Source: Patescibacteria group bacterium (GTDB taxonomy: Bacteria > Patescibacteriota > Minisyncoccia > Moranbacterales > UBA2206). Taken from it: a DNA stretch of 59,463 bases. The DNA lies in assembly GCA_022711335.1 (NCBI GenBank), contig JAKLFF010000005.1, positions 1 to 59,463 of the forward strand, given 5' to 3'. A program made the translations under genes and the position numbers. The stretch's first letter is position 1; each line of letters opens with the position of its first letter. The notes under the pieces were generated by a model, which was not told the origin of the DNA, made no database searches, and was given only the letters and a program-made list of their open reading frames with translations. Shown piece by piece: positions 1 to 8,600 of the stretch.

Positions 1-1
1 A

Positions 2-1372
2 AAAAATAAAATTCCTTTTTATGTTGCCGCCGATCGGCCGGGAACTTATCTTGAAACAACGGTCGGAGAATCGGCCTATGCCAACGGCGAACCGGATGCG
101 AATACAGTCGGGCTCTGGCATCTGGATGAAAAAAACGGATCGGGAGCATATATCCTTGATTCGTCCGGGAACAACAATAACGGAACTCTTGGATCGGGAA
201 CGTCTGCTCCTTCTTTTACGCAAGGAAAAATTGGAGGCGCCAGGAGTTTTGACGGGAGCAATGATTATATTTACATAAGTAGTGATTCTATGCTTCCTTC
301 CGGGACATCAAACAGAACTGTGGATTTTTGGATCAGGCCTGATTCTGCTACTTCTGCGACCAGAATTATTTCTTATGGTTCTTGGTCTGTCAATAATGCT
401 TTTGATATAACATTTTATACTAATAACAAAATAAGAGTAGTCAGCCATACTAATAATTATTGTAGTACCAATGGAGTTACATTGGATGCGTGGAATTATA
501 TTGCACTTTCACTTGATAGCCAGGTTTTATCGATTTACATAAACGGCAAGCTTGATTCCGTACACTCGACATCTATTAATACTGTTCTTAATAGTGGGGA
601 ATGGCGAATTGGTCATGAATTGTCCACACGTGAAGGTTATACGCCGTTTAACGGTATTATCGATGAAGTCCGCATTGATAACACCGCCCGCACCCCCGAC
701 GAAATCCGCCAAGCTTACGAAGTCGGAAGAAGAACCCATCCTATCACTATTAATTTTGCCGCATCTTTGGATTCCGGCAATCTCATTTCCGGAACAGCCG
801 ACACTTCTTTCACCATCAACTCCCAAACCTACGGAGCCCAAAACAAAGGAGACAACATATATGTAGGAGAAAAAATAATAGTCAAAGAAAACTATGACGG
901 AACGGAATATATGGCTCAAGGTACAGTCTCCGGAGTGAATGTTTTAACCGGGGCCATTACCGTCCAATCCTGGGACAGCGGATCCACCGCTCCATCCGGC
1001 GGATATACCACCGGAGCGGTGCTTTTCAAATGGCAAAGGGAGTATTGGGACATCACCGGACCGATGGATGACCAGATCAATGAGACAACCAGGCTGACAA
1101 TCAGGCAGACTGACGGTGGCGAAGGGCGGACCGTATATCTCGATGATTTTGAATCGCTGGACAATTATCTCACTGATCCGGCCGCGTCCGGCAATATTGC
1201 ATCGTCATTTAACCGCTATTTCCAATACCGCTCCATCTTTTCAACTTCGGATACCAATGTGAGCCCGTATCTTTCCAGCGCTTCCGCATATTATGCCGAT
1301 GAATATGGAGACAAGAATGTTTATAAAGGCCGGGGGAATTTCCAGATGCGGGGAAATATGAAAGCGCATTGA
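2..1372 (+). CDS. LamG / concanavalin A-like lectin domain protein; 5' end lies outside the window
   Basis: Frame 2 is open from nt 2. Upstream of the tracked ATG (290) it reads ...GLWHLDEKNGSGAYILDSSGNNNNGTLGSGTSAPSFTQGKIGGARSFDGSNDYIYISS. It continues into TSNRTVDFWIRP...WNYIALSLD...IYINGKL...FNGIIDEVRIDN, a typical LamG signature. Stop is TGA 1370-1372. Confidence 0.65.
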   Translation, partial: KNKIPFYVAADRPGTYLETTVGESAYANGEPDANTVGLWHLDEKNGSGAYILDSSGNNNNGTLGSGTSAPSFTQGKIGGARSFDGSNDYIYISSDSMLPSGTSNRTVDFWIRPDSATSATRIISYGSWSVNNAFDITFYTNNKIRVVSHTNNYCSTNGVTLDAWNYIALSLDSQVLSIYINGKLDSVHSTSINTVLNSGEWRIGHELSTREGYTPFNGIIDEVRIDNTARTPDEIRQAYEVGRRTHPITINFAASLDSGNLISGTADTSFTINSQTYGAQNKGDNIYVGEKIIVKENYDGTEYMAQGTVSGVNVLTGAITVQSWDSGSTAPSGGYTTGAVLFKWQREYWDITGPMDDQINETTRLTIRQTDGGEGRTVYLDDFESLDNYLTDPAASGNIASSFNRYFQYRSIFSTSDTNVSPYLSSASAYYADEYGDKNVYKGRGNFQMRGNMKAH

Positions 1373-1397
1373 GCTCATTTAACATTGACCTCGCTTT

Positions 1398-1473
1398 GTC
1401 ATTCCCAACTTGATTGGGAATCCAGTGAATAAGCCAAAATATCAGACTAGGTTCCCGCTTTCGCGGGAATGAC
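1398..1473. repeat. REP-like nested palindromic element
   Basis: GTCATTCCC (1398-1406) pairs with GGGAATGAC (1465-1473). Inside are two local hairpins: ATTCCC-N9-GGGAAT (1401-1421) and TTCCCGC-TTTC-GCGGGAA (1452-1469). Confidence 0.7.
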
Positions 1474-1566
1474 AATTAAGTACAAACTTATTTTTATATA
1501 ATGGCTTATTCCAGATAAGGAATGAGAATTAATTAAAATCAGTTAATTAATAATTGAAAACATTTT

Positions 1567-2010
1567 ATGCTGAAAGTTGAATTTAATAATCTTTCCAAAA
1601 GCCCGATAAGGAAAATCTTTTTGGAAAAAATAGCTGGAGAAACTATCATAAAGAGCGGCGTTTTAGACGCCAAAAAAAAGGAAATTTCCATAAGCTTTGC
1701 GGATGTTGGCGAAGAAAAAATAAAGAACCTCAATAAAAATTTCCGGAAAAAAAACAGCCCGACGGATGTCCTGACATTTGCGGAATATGGGAATCAGGGG
1801 GAAATAAAAAAAATTGTGGATAAGAAAATATTTCTTGGAGAGATAATTTTGTGTTATAATGACATAGCCAAATATTGCAAAAAGAATAAATTGGTTCTTG
1901 AAAAGGAGCTGGCCAAAGTCGTGTCTCACGGCGTCTTGCATTTGCTTGGGTTTCGACACGGAAAGAAGATGTATAAAATACAATTTTTAATTTCGAATTT
2001 TGAATTTTGA
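1567..2010 (+). CDS. ybeY: rRNA maturation endoribonuclease YbeY
   Basis: 147 aa. The C-terminal HGVLHLLGFRH matches the YbeY zinc motif H-G-x-L-H-L-x-G-x-x-H. The last ~10 codons (KIQFLISNFEF) are encoded by the heptamer array. Confidence 0.8.
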   Translation: MLKVEFNNLSKSPIRKIFLEKIAGETIIKSGVLDAKKKEISISFADVGEEKIKNLNKNFRKKNSPTDVLTFAEYGNQGEIKKIVDKKIFLGEIILCYNDIAKYCKKNKLVLEKELAKVVSHGVLHLLGFRHGKKMYKIQFLISNFEF

Positions 2011-2140
2011 AATAAATTCGAATGAATGAATTTTAAAACATGAATTACGATAGAGTGTCAGGGATTAGTGTTGATTTTTGGAAAAATTGTTTCTAAATTA
2101 AAAAATTAAATCATTATTTCAAAATTCGAAATTCAAAATT
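1984..2140. repeat. opposed heptamer-unit arrays (TTTTGAA-type arm, then CAAAATT-type arm)
   Basis: AATTTCG AATTTTG AATTTTG AAATAAA TTCGAAT... at 1984-2034. The complementary TATTTCAAAATTCGAAATTCAAAATT lies at 2115-2140. Confidence 0.85.
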
Positions 2141-2148
2141 ATCCATCT

Positions 2149-2514
2149 ATGAATCGTTTCCAACAATTCAAAAAAAGTTTTGCGCATGCCGCGCGCGGAT
2201 TGACATACGTGGTAAAGCATGAAAAAAATTTCCAAACCGAGCTGGTTGCAGCCCTGCTGGTTATTTTGGCGATTTTGTGGTTTGAAGTGACACGTGCGGA
2301 AATGGTCGTGCTTCTTTTGGTTATTGCCGGAGTTTTGGTTATGGAGCTGTTCAATACCGTTGTGGAAAGGGTAGTGGATATTTTAAAGCCCCGGGTCCAT
2401 CCGTATGCCCGGCTGATCAAAGATTTGATGGCGGCGTCGGTTCTGGTCGCGTCGATTCTGGCTCTCCTTGTTGGAATTTTGATATTTTTTCCGTATATCG
2501 CGGAAATGTTTTAA
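2149..2514 (+). CDS. dgkA: diacylglycerol / undecaprenol kinase family membrane protein
   Basis: 121 aa with three hydrophobic helices. MELFNTVVERVVD resembles the DgkA E-x-x-N-[ST]-x-[IV]-E motif. Confidence 0.7.
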   Translation: MNRFQQFKKSFAHAARGLTYVVKHEKNFQTELVAALLVILAILWFEVTRAEMVVLLLVIAGVLVMELFNTVVERVVDILKPRVHPYARLIKDLMAASVLVASILALLVGILIFFPYIAEMF

Positions 2515-2652
2515 AAAATTTTATAATTTTTGAATTTTTAATTTTATAAATAAATCTTAATTTTATAATTTTTAAACCAAGATGCGGGTTGCCATTAAAA
2601 ATTCGGATATTAAAAATTATTTAAAAATTACAAAATTACAAAATTAAAAATT
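2515..2652. repeat. opposed AT-rich heptamer-like arrays
   Basis: TTATAATTTTTGAATTTTTAATTTTATAA... is followed by ...TTAAAAATTACAAAATTACAAAATTAAAAATT, which ends 9 nt before the ftsA ATG. Confidence 0.75.
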
Positions 2653-2660
2653 ATTGCATC

Positions 2661-3920
2661 ATGTCCAAAAAAGATACAATTTGCGCTATTGATGTCGGTT
2701 CATCCAATATACGGACAATTATCGCCCAGCTGGTTTCGGCTGAAGAAAAACCGAGAATCATCGGAGTCGGGGTTGCGCCTTCGGCTGGGGTGAGGAAAGG
2801 CGTGATTGTCGATCTTGAGGAAACGGTAAAATCAATAAACAGCTGCGTCGAGCAGGCGGAGCGGACGGCCGGATTGAACGCGGAAAACGCAATCATAAGC
2901 GTCGGCGGAAGCCATATCGTTTCCCAATATTCAAAAGGCGTCATTGCGATCGGACGGGCGGACGGAGAGGTGACGGAAGACGATATTTCCAGAGTAATTG
3001 GAGCAGCCCAGGCTATTTCTATTCCGCCGAACAAAGAAATTCTGCATATCATTCCAAGAGATTATTCGCTGGATGACCAAAAAAATATAAAAGATCCGCT
3101 GGGGATGAATGGCGTAAGATTGGAAGTGGATGCCATGATTGTCGAGGGATCTTCGCCTTTCATAAAAAATCTGGTTAAATGCGTAGAGCAGGCCGGAATA
3201 TCTCCGGACAATCTGGTGCTTTCTTCGCTGGCTGCGTCCAAAGCAGTCCTTTCCAAAAGGCAAAAAGAGCTGGGCGTGGTGCTTGTCGACATCGGAGGAG
3301 GAACGACGTCAGTCGCGGTTTTTGAAGAAGACGATCTTCTCCATGTGGCGGCTATTCCAGTTGGAGGAAACCACATAACGAACGATATCGCCATTGGCTT
3401 GCGCACTTCCATTGAAGTGGCGGAAAGGGTGAAGCTGGAATATGGCAGCGCCCTTCCCCTGGAGATCGGAAAAAAAGAAAACATAAACCTTTCCAATATC
3501 GATTCCAACGAGGAAGGAATGGTTTCCCGCCAGCATGTTTCGGAAATTATCGAAGCGCGGCTTGAGGAAATTTTCAGCCTGGTCAATAAGGAGCTGCGCA
3601 TAATCAAAAAAGACAAGCTTCTTCCCGGAGGAGCGGTTCTTGTCGGCGCGTCCGCCAAGCTTCCTGGCGCGGTCGATTTGGCCAAAAATTGTCTGGGGCT
3701 TCCGGCGCAAACCGGCTTCCCGATTCCTTTGGGAGGGCTTGTGGATAAGGTGGATGACCCGTCTTTCGCGGCCAGCGTAGGCTTGATTATGTGGGCGTTT
3801 GAAAACCGGGAATCCGGAAGAAAAGGCAGGTTTGGCAACAAAATAGCCGGAAATATATCAGGAAACGTCGGCGAGACAATGACAAGCATAAAGAAGTGGA
3901 TGGGGAAGTTTCTACCGTAA
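2661..3920 (+). CDS. ftsA: cell division protein FtsA
   Basis: 419 aa with actin-fold motifs ICAIDVGSSNIRT and VDIGGGTTSVAVF. It lies upstream of ftsZ. Confidence 0.9.
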   Translation: MSKKDTICAIDVGSSNIRTIIAQLVSAEEKPRIIGVGVAPSAGVRKGVIVDLEETVKSINSCVEQAERTAGLNAENAIISVGGSHIVSQYSKGVIAIGRADGEVTEDDISRVIGAAQAISIPPNKEILHIIPRDYSLDDQKNIKDPLGMNGVRLEVDAMIVEGSSPFIKNLVKCVEQAGISPDNLVLSSLAASKAVLSKRQKELGVVLVDIGGGTTSVAVFEEDDLLHVAAIPVGGNHITNDIAIGLRTSIEVAERVKLEYGSALPLEIGKKENINLSNIDSNEEGMVSRQHVSEIIEARLEEIFSLVNKELRIIKKDKLLPGGAVLVGASAKLPGAVDLAKNCLGLPAQTGFPIPLGGLVDKVDDPSFAASVGLIMWAFENRESGRKGRFGNKIAGNISGNVGETMTSIKKWMGKFLP

Positions 3921-4014
3921 AGGCGATATGCAGCTAATTTGACATGATATGTTGCAATGTGTTAAATTTAACTACCGGAGAATTTATAGATGTGATTTAA
4001 AATTCTTCGCCAAA

Positions 4015-4157
4015 GGTGGATCAGCCTATGGCTGAAAAAATCAAAAATCAAAAATCAAAATTACAATTCAAAATGTAAAATTTGAATGATAATTTGGGTT
4101 TTTCTTTTTGATTTTTTATTTGTCATTTTGACTTTTGCATTTTGCATTTTGATTTTG
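4015..4157. repeat. composite element: GGTGGATCAGCCTATGGCTGA hairpin motif plus opposed CAAAA/TTTTG heptamer arrays
   Basis: The motif is at 4015-4035. It is followed by AAAAATC AAAAATC AAAAATC AAAATTA CAATTCA AAATGTA (4036-4085). The complementary TTTTG-type arm is at ~4096-4157. Confidence 0.85.
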
Positions 4158-4232
4158 AAAAAAATAATTTTTTCTAACATTTTTAGTTATTGCTTTTGAC
4201 TTTAAAATAAGCAGGAACTATAAACTATAATC

Positions 4233-5441
4233 ATGGCCGAAATAAAACCACCCGTGGAAACATTTGCGAGAATAAAAGTCGTTGGCGTCGGAGGATCCGG
4301 CGGCAGCGCGATAAGCCGGATGATCGAATCAAAACTTCGGGGTGTTGAATTTGTGGCGATCAACACGGACGCGCAGGCGCTTCATCACAACAAGGCGGCG
4401 GAGAAAGTGCATATCGGAAAAAATCTGACCAAAGGCCTCGGTGCCGGAATGAATCCGGATATCGGGCGCCAGGCGGCCGAAGAAAATCGCGATGAAATCC
4501 AGGACGTGCTCAAAGGCGCCGATATGGTTTTTGTTACTTGCGGATTGGGCGGCGGCACCGGTTCCGGCGCGGCGCCGATTGTAGCGGAAACGGCCAAGGA
4601 AATCGGAGCGCTTACAGTCGCTGTTATCACAAAACCTTTCAGTTTTGAAGGGGCGCAAAGAAGAGCGATTGCCGATGAAGCGCTGGAAAATCTCAAAGAG
4701 CGCGTTGATACTTTGATCACAATACCCAATGACAAGCTTCTGCAAATTATCGATAGGAAAACAACCTTGATAAACTCGTTTAAAATCGTGGACGATGTTC
4801 TCCGCCAGGGCGTGCAGGGAATTTCCGATCTTATCACCAAGCCGGGAATTGTGAATGTGGATTTTGCCGATGTCCGGGCGATTATGGCGGACAGCGGTTC
4901 AGCGCTCATGGGAATCGGAATTGGAACGGGGGAAAACCGTTCGGCTGAAGCGGCCAAGGCGGCCATCAACAGCCCGCTTCTCGAGCTTTCCATCGATGGC
5001 GCCAAGGGAGTGCTTTTCAACGTCAGCGGTTCAGTCGATCTTACCATGCTTGAAATCAACGAAGCGGCCAATATTATCACCGAGTCGATCGATCCCAATG
5101 CCAAAGTGATTTTCGGCGCGGTGATCGACGAAACGATGAAAAAAGGCGAAGTGCATATTACCGTCGTAGCAACCGGATTTGACGCGGAGCGGGTAAAAGA
5201 ATCCCCCCTTGAAAAAATGAGCCGCATGACTATTGAAGATATGCGCGGCAAGGAAAAAGAAGAAAAAAAAGAAAGAATAACTTATCCGGAAAAAATGGAG
5301 CCGAAGATGATTATTCCGGAAAAAGTTCCGCCCAAACCCCAAAGAACTATCAATGTTTCCAATGATACAAGAAATCTTGAAGAAGATGATGACGATGAAC
5401 TGGAAATACCGGCTTTTATCCGCAGAAAAATGGGGAAATAG
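4233..5441 (+). CDS. ftsZ: cell division GTPase FtsZ
   Basis: Tubulin signature [13 protein letters not shown] and NTDAQAL. The C-terminal conserved peptide is [13 protein letters not shown]. Confidence 0.95.
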   Translation: MAEIKPPVETFARIKVVGVGGSGGSAISRMIESKLRGVEFVAINTDAQALHHNKAAEKVHIGKNLTKGLGAGMNPDIGRQAAEENRDEIQDVLKGADMVFVTCGLGGGTGSGAAPIVAETAKEIGALTVAVITKPFSFEGAQRRAIADEALENLKERVDTLITIPNDKLLQIIDRKTTLINSFKIVDDVLRQGVQGISDLITKPGIVNVDFADVRAIMADSGSALMGIGIGTGENRSAEAAKAAINSPLLELSIDGAKGVLFNVSGSVDLTMLEINEAANIITESIDPNAKVIFGAVIDETMKKGEVHITVVATGFDAERVKESPLEKMSRMTIEDMRGKEKEEKKERITYPEKMEPKMIIPEKVPPKPQRTINVSNDTRNLEEDDDDELEIPAFIRRKMGK

Positions 5442-5575
5442 AAACATGCAACATAAAGCATAAAGCATAAAGCAAGAAGCAAATGCCGCCATCCTGAGCT
5501 TCGACCCAAGTCGCTGGACCTAAGGTTCAACCTTTGGCATACTGCAGGAAAATAGGAATGATTCTTGAGATTTCA

Positions 5576-5603
5576 GGCAATGCCAATCAAGCATTGCCTT
5601 TTT
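5576..5603 (+). terminator. intrinsic terminator after ftsZ
   Basis: GGCAATGC-CAATCAA-GCATTGCC followed by TTTTT. Confidence 0.7.
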
Positions 5604-5615
5604 AAATCCAAATAA

Positions 5616-5624
5616 TTATCCACA
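5616..5624 (+). promoter_or_regulatory. perfect DnaA-box 9-mer TTATCCACA
   Basis: Exact match to the consensus TTATCCACA, ~30 nt upstream of a TGgTATAAT extended -10. Confidence 0.3.
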
Positions 5625-5649
5625 GGGTGTTTTTTTTCTGCTGATTTTA

Positions 5650-5658
5650 TGGTATAAT
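5650..5658 (+). promoter_or_regulatory. extended -10 promoter element TGGTATAAT
   Basis: TGGTATAAT lies 29 nt upstream of the ATG at 5687. The same 9-mer occurs at 8942-8950. Confidence 0.45.
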
Positions 5659-5686
5659 AAAATAAGACATAACCTTAAATAAAAAA

Positions 5687-8600
5687 ATGAAAAATAAATT
5701 TATACTGGGAGTGGTATTTTTTACTCTAGCGGTTTTTTGTGCTGGAAGCGTTTTGGCGCAAGAAGCTGAAAATTCTTCCTCTGTTCCGGAAAAAGATTCT
5801 GTTCAAAAAAATGAAGAAGGGGAGAAGGAGCGCAATCCGGATGAAGTTGAAAAACTCAGTCCGGAAGAAATAGAAAAACTCAGTTTCAACGAAATGAGGC
5901 TGGTGGCGCTGGTTAGCGCCGGAAACGTAAAAGTTGAAGAAAAAGGCGGCAATAATTTTGAAGTTTCTTTTGACATATTGAATCAGGAGGGCATCCAGCC
6001 TTATGTCAAATATGCTGTTAACCTTGTCAGCAGAGAAGATGACCGGGAAACGGTTTTAGACCAGAAAATTTATGACGAGATTCTCACTATCGGAAACGGG
6101 GAAATAATTCACCGAGCTGTGTCTTACGAAGCCCCCGAATATTTGAAAAGCGGAAATTATGCTTTGTTTCTCGAAGCGCGAAACAAAAGCGGTCTCCGCC
6201 TGGCTTATGTTTCGGCGGGAGAAATCAATCTTTCTGGCGGGGAGTCTAAAATAGAAATAGAAAATGACTCCTGCGTCATATTTTTTGGAGACGTCGATTT
6301 TCGCCTTAGCGGAAAAATTCCTTCTCAGGATGATTTGGAAAAACCGAATCTCAGGTGCAAAGCAAAAAATGTTTTTGGAAACAAAATTGAAGCTTATCTT
6401 GGAGTTGACATTCGTGAAAAATCATATCTTGGCGATTTAGGCGAACGTAAAATTTCGGAGAAAAAAAATCTTAATCCCGACGAAGAAAGAGAATTCAGGA
6501 TAGATCTTGGATGCATTGATAAGATGAAAAGCCCTGTGCTGACGGTTTCCGTTTTTTCTGGAGAGGATCGGCAAATTTCCAGGATTGTCAACATTCCTTA
6601 TTTTGGAAGCTCCGTATCTTTGTTTTATAACACCCGTCTTGACAAAGATTATTATTTGAGAAATGAAACGGCTAAAATAATTTTTGATATCCGTCCGTTT
6701 TATCCGGAAGGATCCGTTATTTCCTACAGCCTTAAGGAAAAAAACGGACAAAGCTGTTTGGAAGAAAAAAATCGGGAAAAGACTCTCGATAACTCGGGAA
6801 TTATAAAAGAAGAGGAAAAAATTGCCAAAAATTGTTTTGATTTTACGCTCCATGTTTTCGTAAAAGACAAAGACGGGAATATTCTGGACGAAGAAAAACA
6901 TTTCATCGAAAGCCGATCCAAGGAAGCCAAAGAAAAAGCGGAAGAATCAGCCAAAAAATCAAAAAGAAACAATATTATAGTTATTTCTTTTTTGGTAATC
7001 ATCCTTCTTTTTGCTCTAGGCTTTTCCGTTTATAAAAAAATAAAATTCAGAAATATCAAATTTCCCTTGTTTTTGTTTTTTGTCTTTGGCGCTCTTTTTC
7101 TGGCGGTGTCTGAAGCAAAAGCGGCGACATATGTTTATACTGATGATATGGGAACTTTCAGTTATTCCTGTCATCCTAATTATGGAACAGCTCATTATGG
7201 AAACAGATTTATTGTCAATACCTATGACAATATTCCTCCTCGCGACGGCAATACTACCTATCATCATCCTGACGATAAGAAGATTTCTTTTTCCGCGAGT
7301 GTTGAAAGAGAGCCATTGGTTTGGGATTATGGGTGCTGGCGATATTACGGGGACTATTATGACTATCTTTCAAGGGCTGCGGCAAAAACATATGACATAA
7401 AAATAGGCGCTTACACCGTACGTGATGAGGAGTCAGATCCCAAAATGTGTCTAGCATATATTCTAACGGAAGAAAGCTACAATTGGTTTGCGTTAAATAA
7501 TCATAGATATTATTCTGTTTTAGAAAAAACATCTCCCAGTTCGAACTGGTGGTCAGATTCAACGTTATCAAACACTGCTAATTTTATTTTCACAAGAAGC
7601 GGCATGGCCAATCCAAGATCCTGTAATTTTCCAATGTGGATTGTTTCCATAGGAGGAAAAATTACTGCCCAGTGGGTTTATAATGGAACCGGATCGTGCG
7701 GAAATAGAAATTGCAAGGGCGATTTTAAAATTATACCGGTGCCCAAATGCACGAGTTCAATTAGATCTGAAGGTGATCCCTTTTGTATTAATGGAACATC
7801 CTTTAATGAATGGACATACGATTGGGATCATGAATGTACCGGAACCGAGCTAAAATCAAAATGTAGGGGTACCGAAACGATAAATTGCTCTTACCCATTG
7901 AATCAAGGAGCATGCGGTTCGGCGGCCGGAGTGGCGTCAGCGACAAAACCGTTGTCCAACTTGTGTTCCGTGGGAACAAGCGGAGTGGGGCTTTCGTACG
8001 GTTGCGATAGTTGGATTTGGAAATGCACAGAAGATCATTCAACACGACGGTATTGCTCCCAGGATTGTTCCGCTCCCGTGATCCATAATCTTTGCAGCGG
8101 AACGGTTCCTTTGGTCGGTAATTTTGAAAAATGTCCTGAAGATGGCGTGGCGACTAATCCTGATAAATATTATTCATCTTGGCATTTTGCGGAAACTGGT
8201 TATTGCAATACGGGTTGCACTAAATCTTGCGAATATAAATGCAAGCCCGGGTTTGTTTTTGATGATTATACCAGGGGGCCGAACATAAGGTGCATTGTGC
8301 CTTATTGCAAAGGTTCTAATAATTTTCCAAACGCATATTTTTGTCCGGGAAGCGACACCGGTTTGTCCAGAATAGAATACTATGAATTGTACAGTTCCTG
8401 CGGAAGCAATAAATGCGCTTATGTTTGCAATCCCGGGTATTTTTATTATTCGGGAGTATGCAGGGAAAAACCAAAATGCGGATCGGCCGCCGGAGTTCCT
8501 ACTTGCAACAAGCCTTCTGAAATCGGTCTTTGTACCCCACCTAATAAACTATACGGTACTATTTCCCAGGTTTCAGGTAACTGGCAATGGTCTTGCAGAT

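Noticed and set aside
21-278. 85-aa ORF at the window start, and ATG 290 as the LamG start
   Set aside because: Frame 2 is open from nt 2 and carries the conserved LamG core across 21..290. The 85-aa ORF is therefore an out-of-frame overlap, and ATG 290 is internal.
1209-1475. 88-aa minus-strand ORF starting MSFPRKREPS
   Set aside because: The start is encoded by the REP-like palindrome, and the rest is antisense to the LamG gene.
3062-5251. Long antisense ORFs inside ftsA and ftsZ (3062..3889, 4385..5251). Also 11671..12411 inside nrdD, 24033..24686, and 41570..42049 inside the PSP1 gene.
   Set aside because: These are shadow ORFs opposite strongly conserved genes, with low-complexity Ser/Pro/Ala-rich translations.
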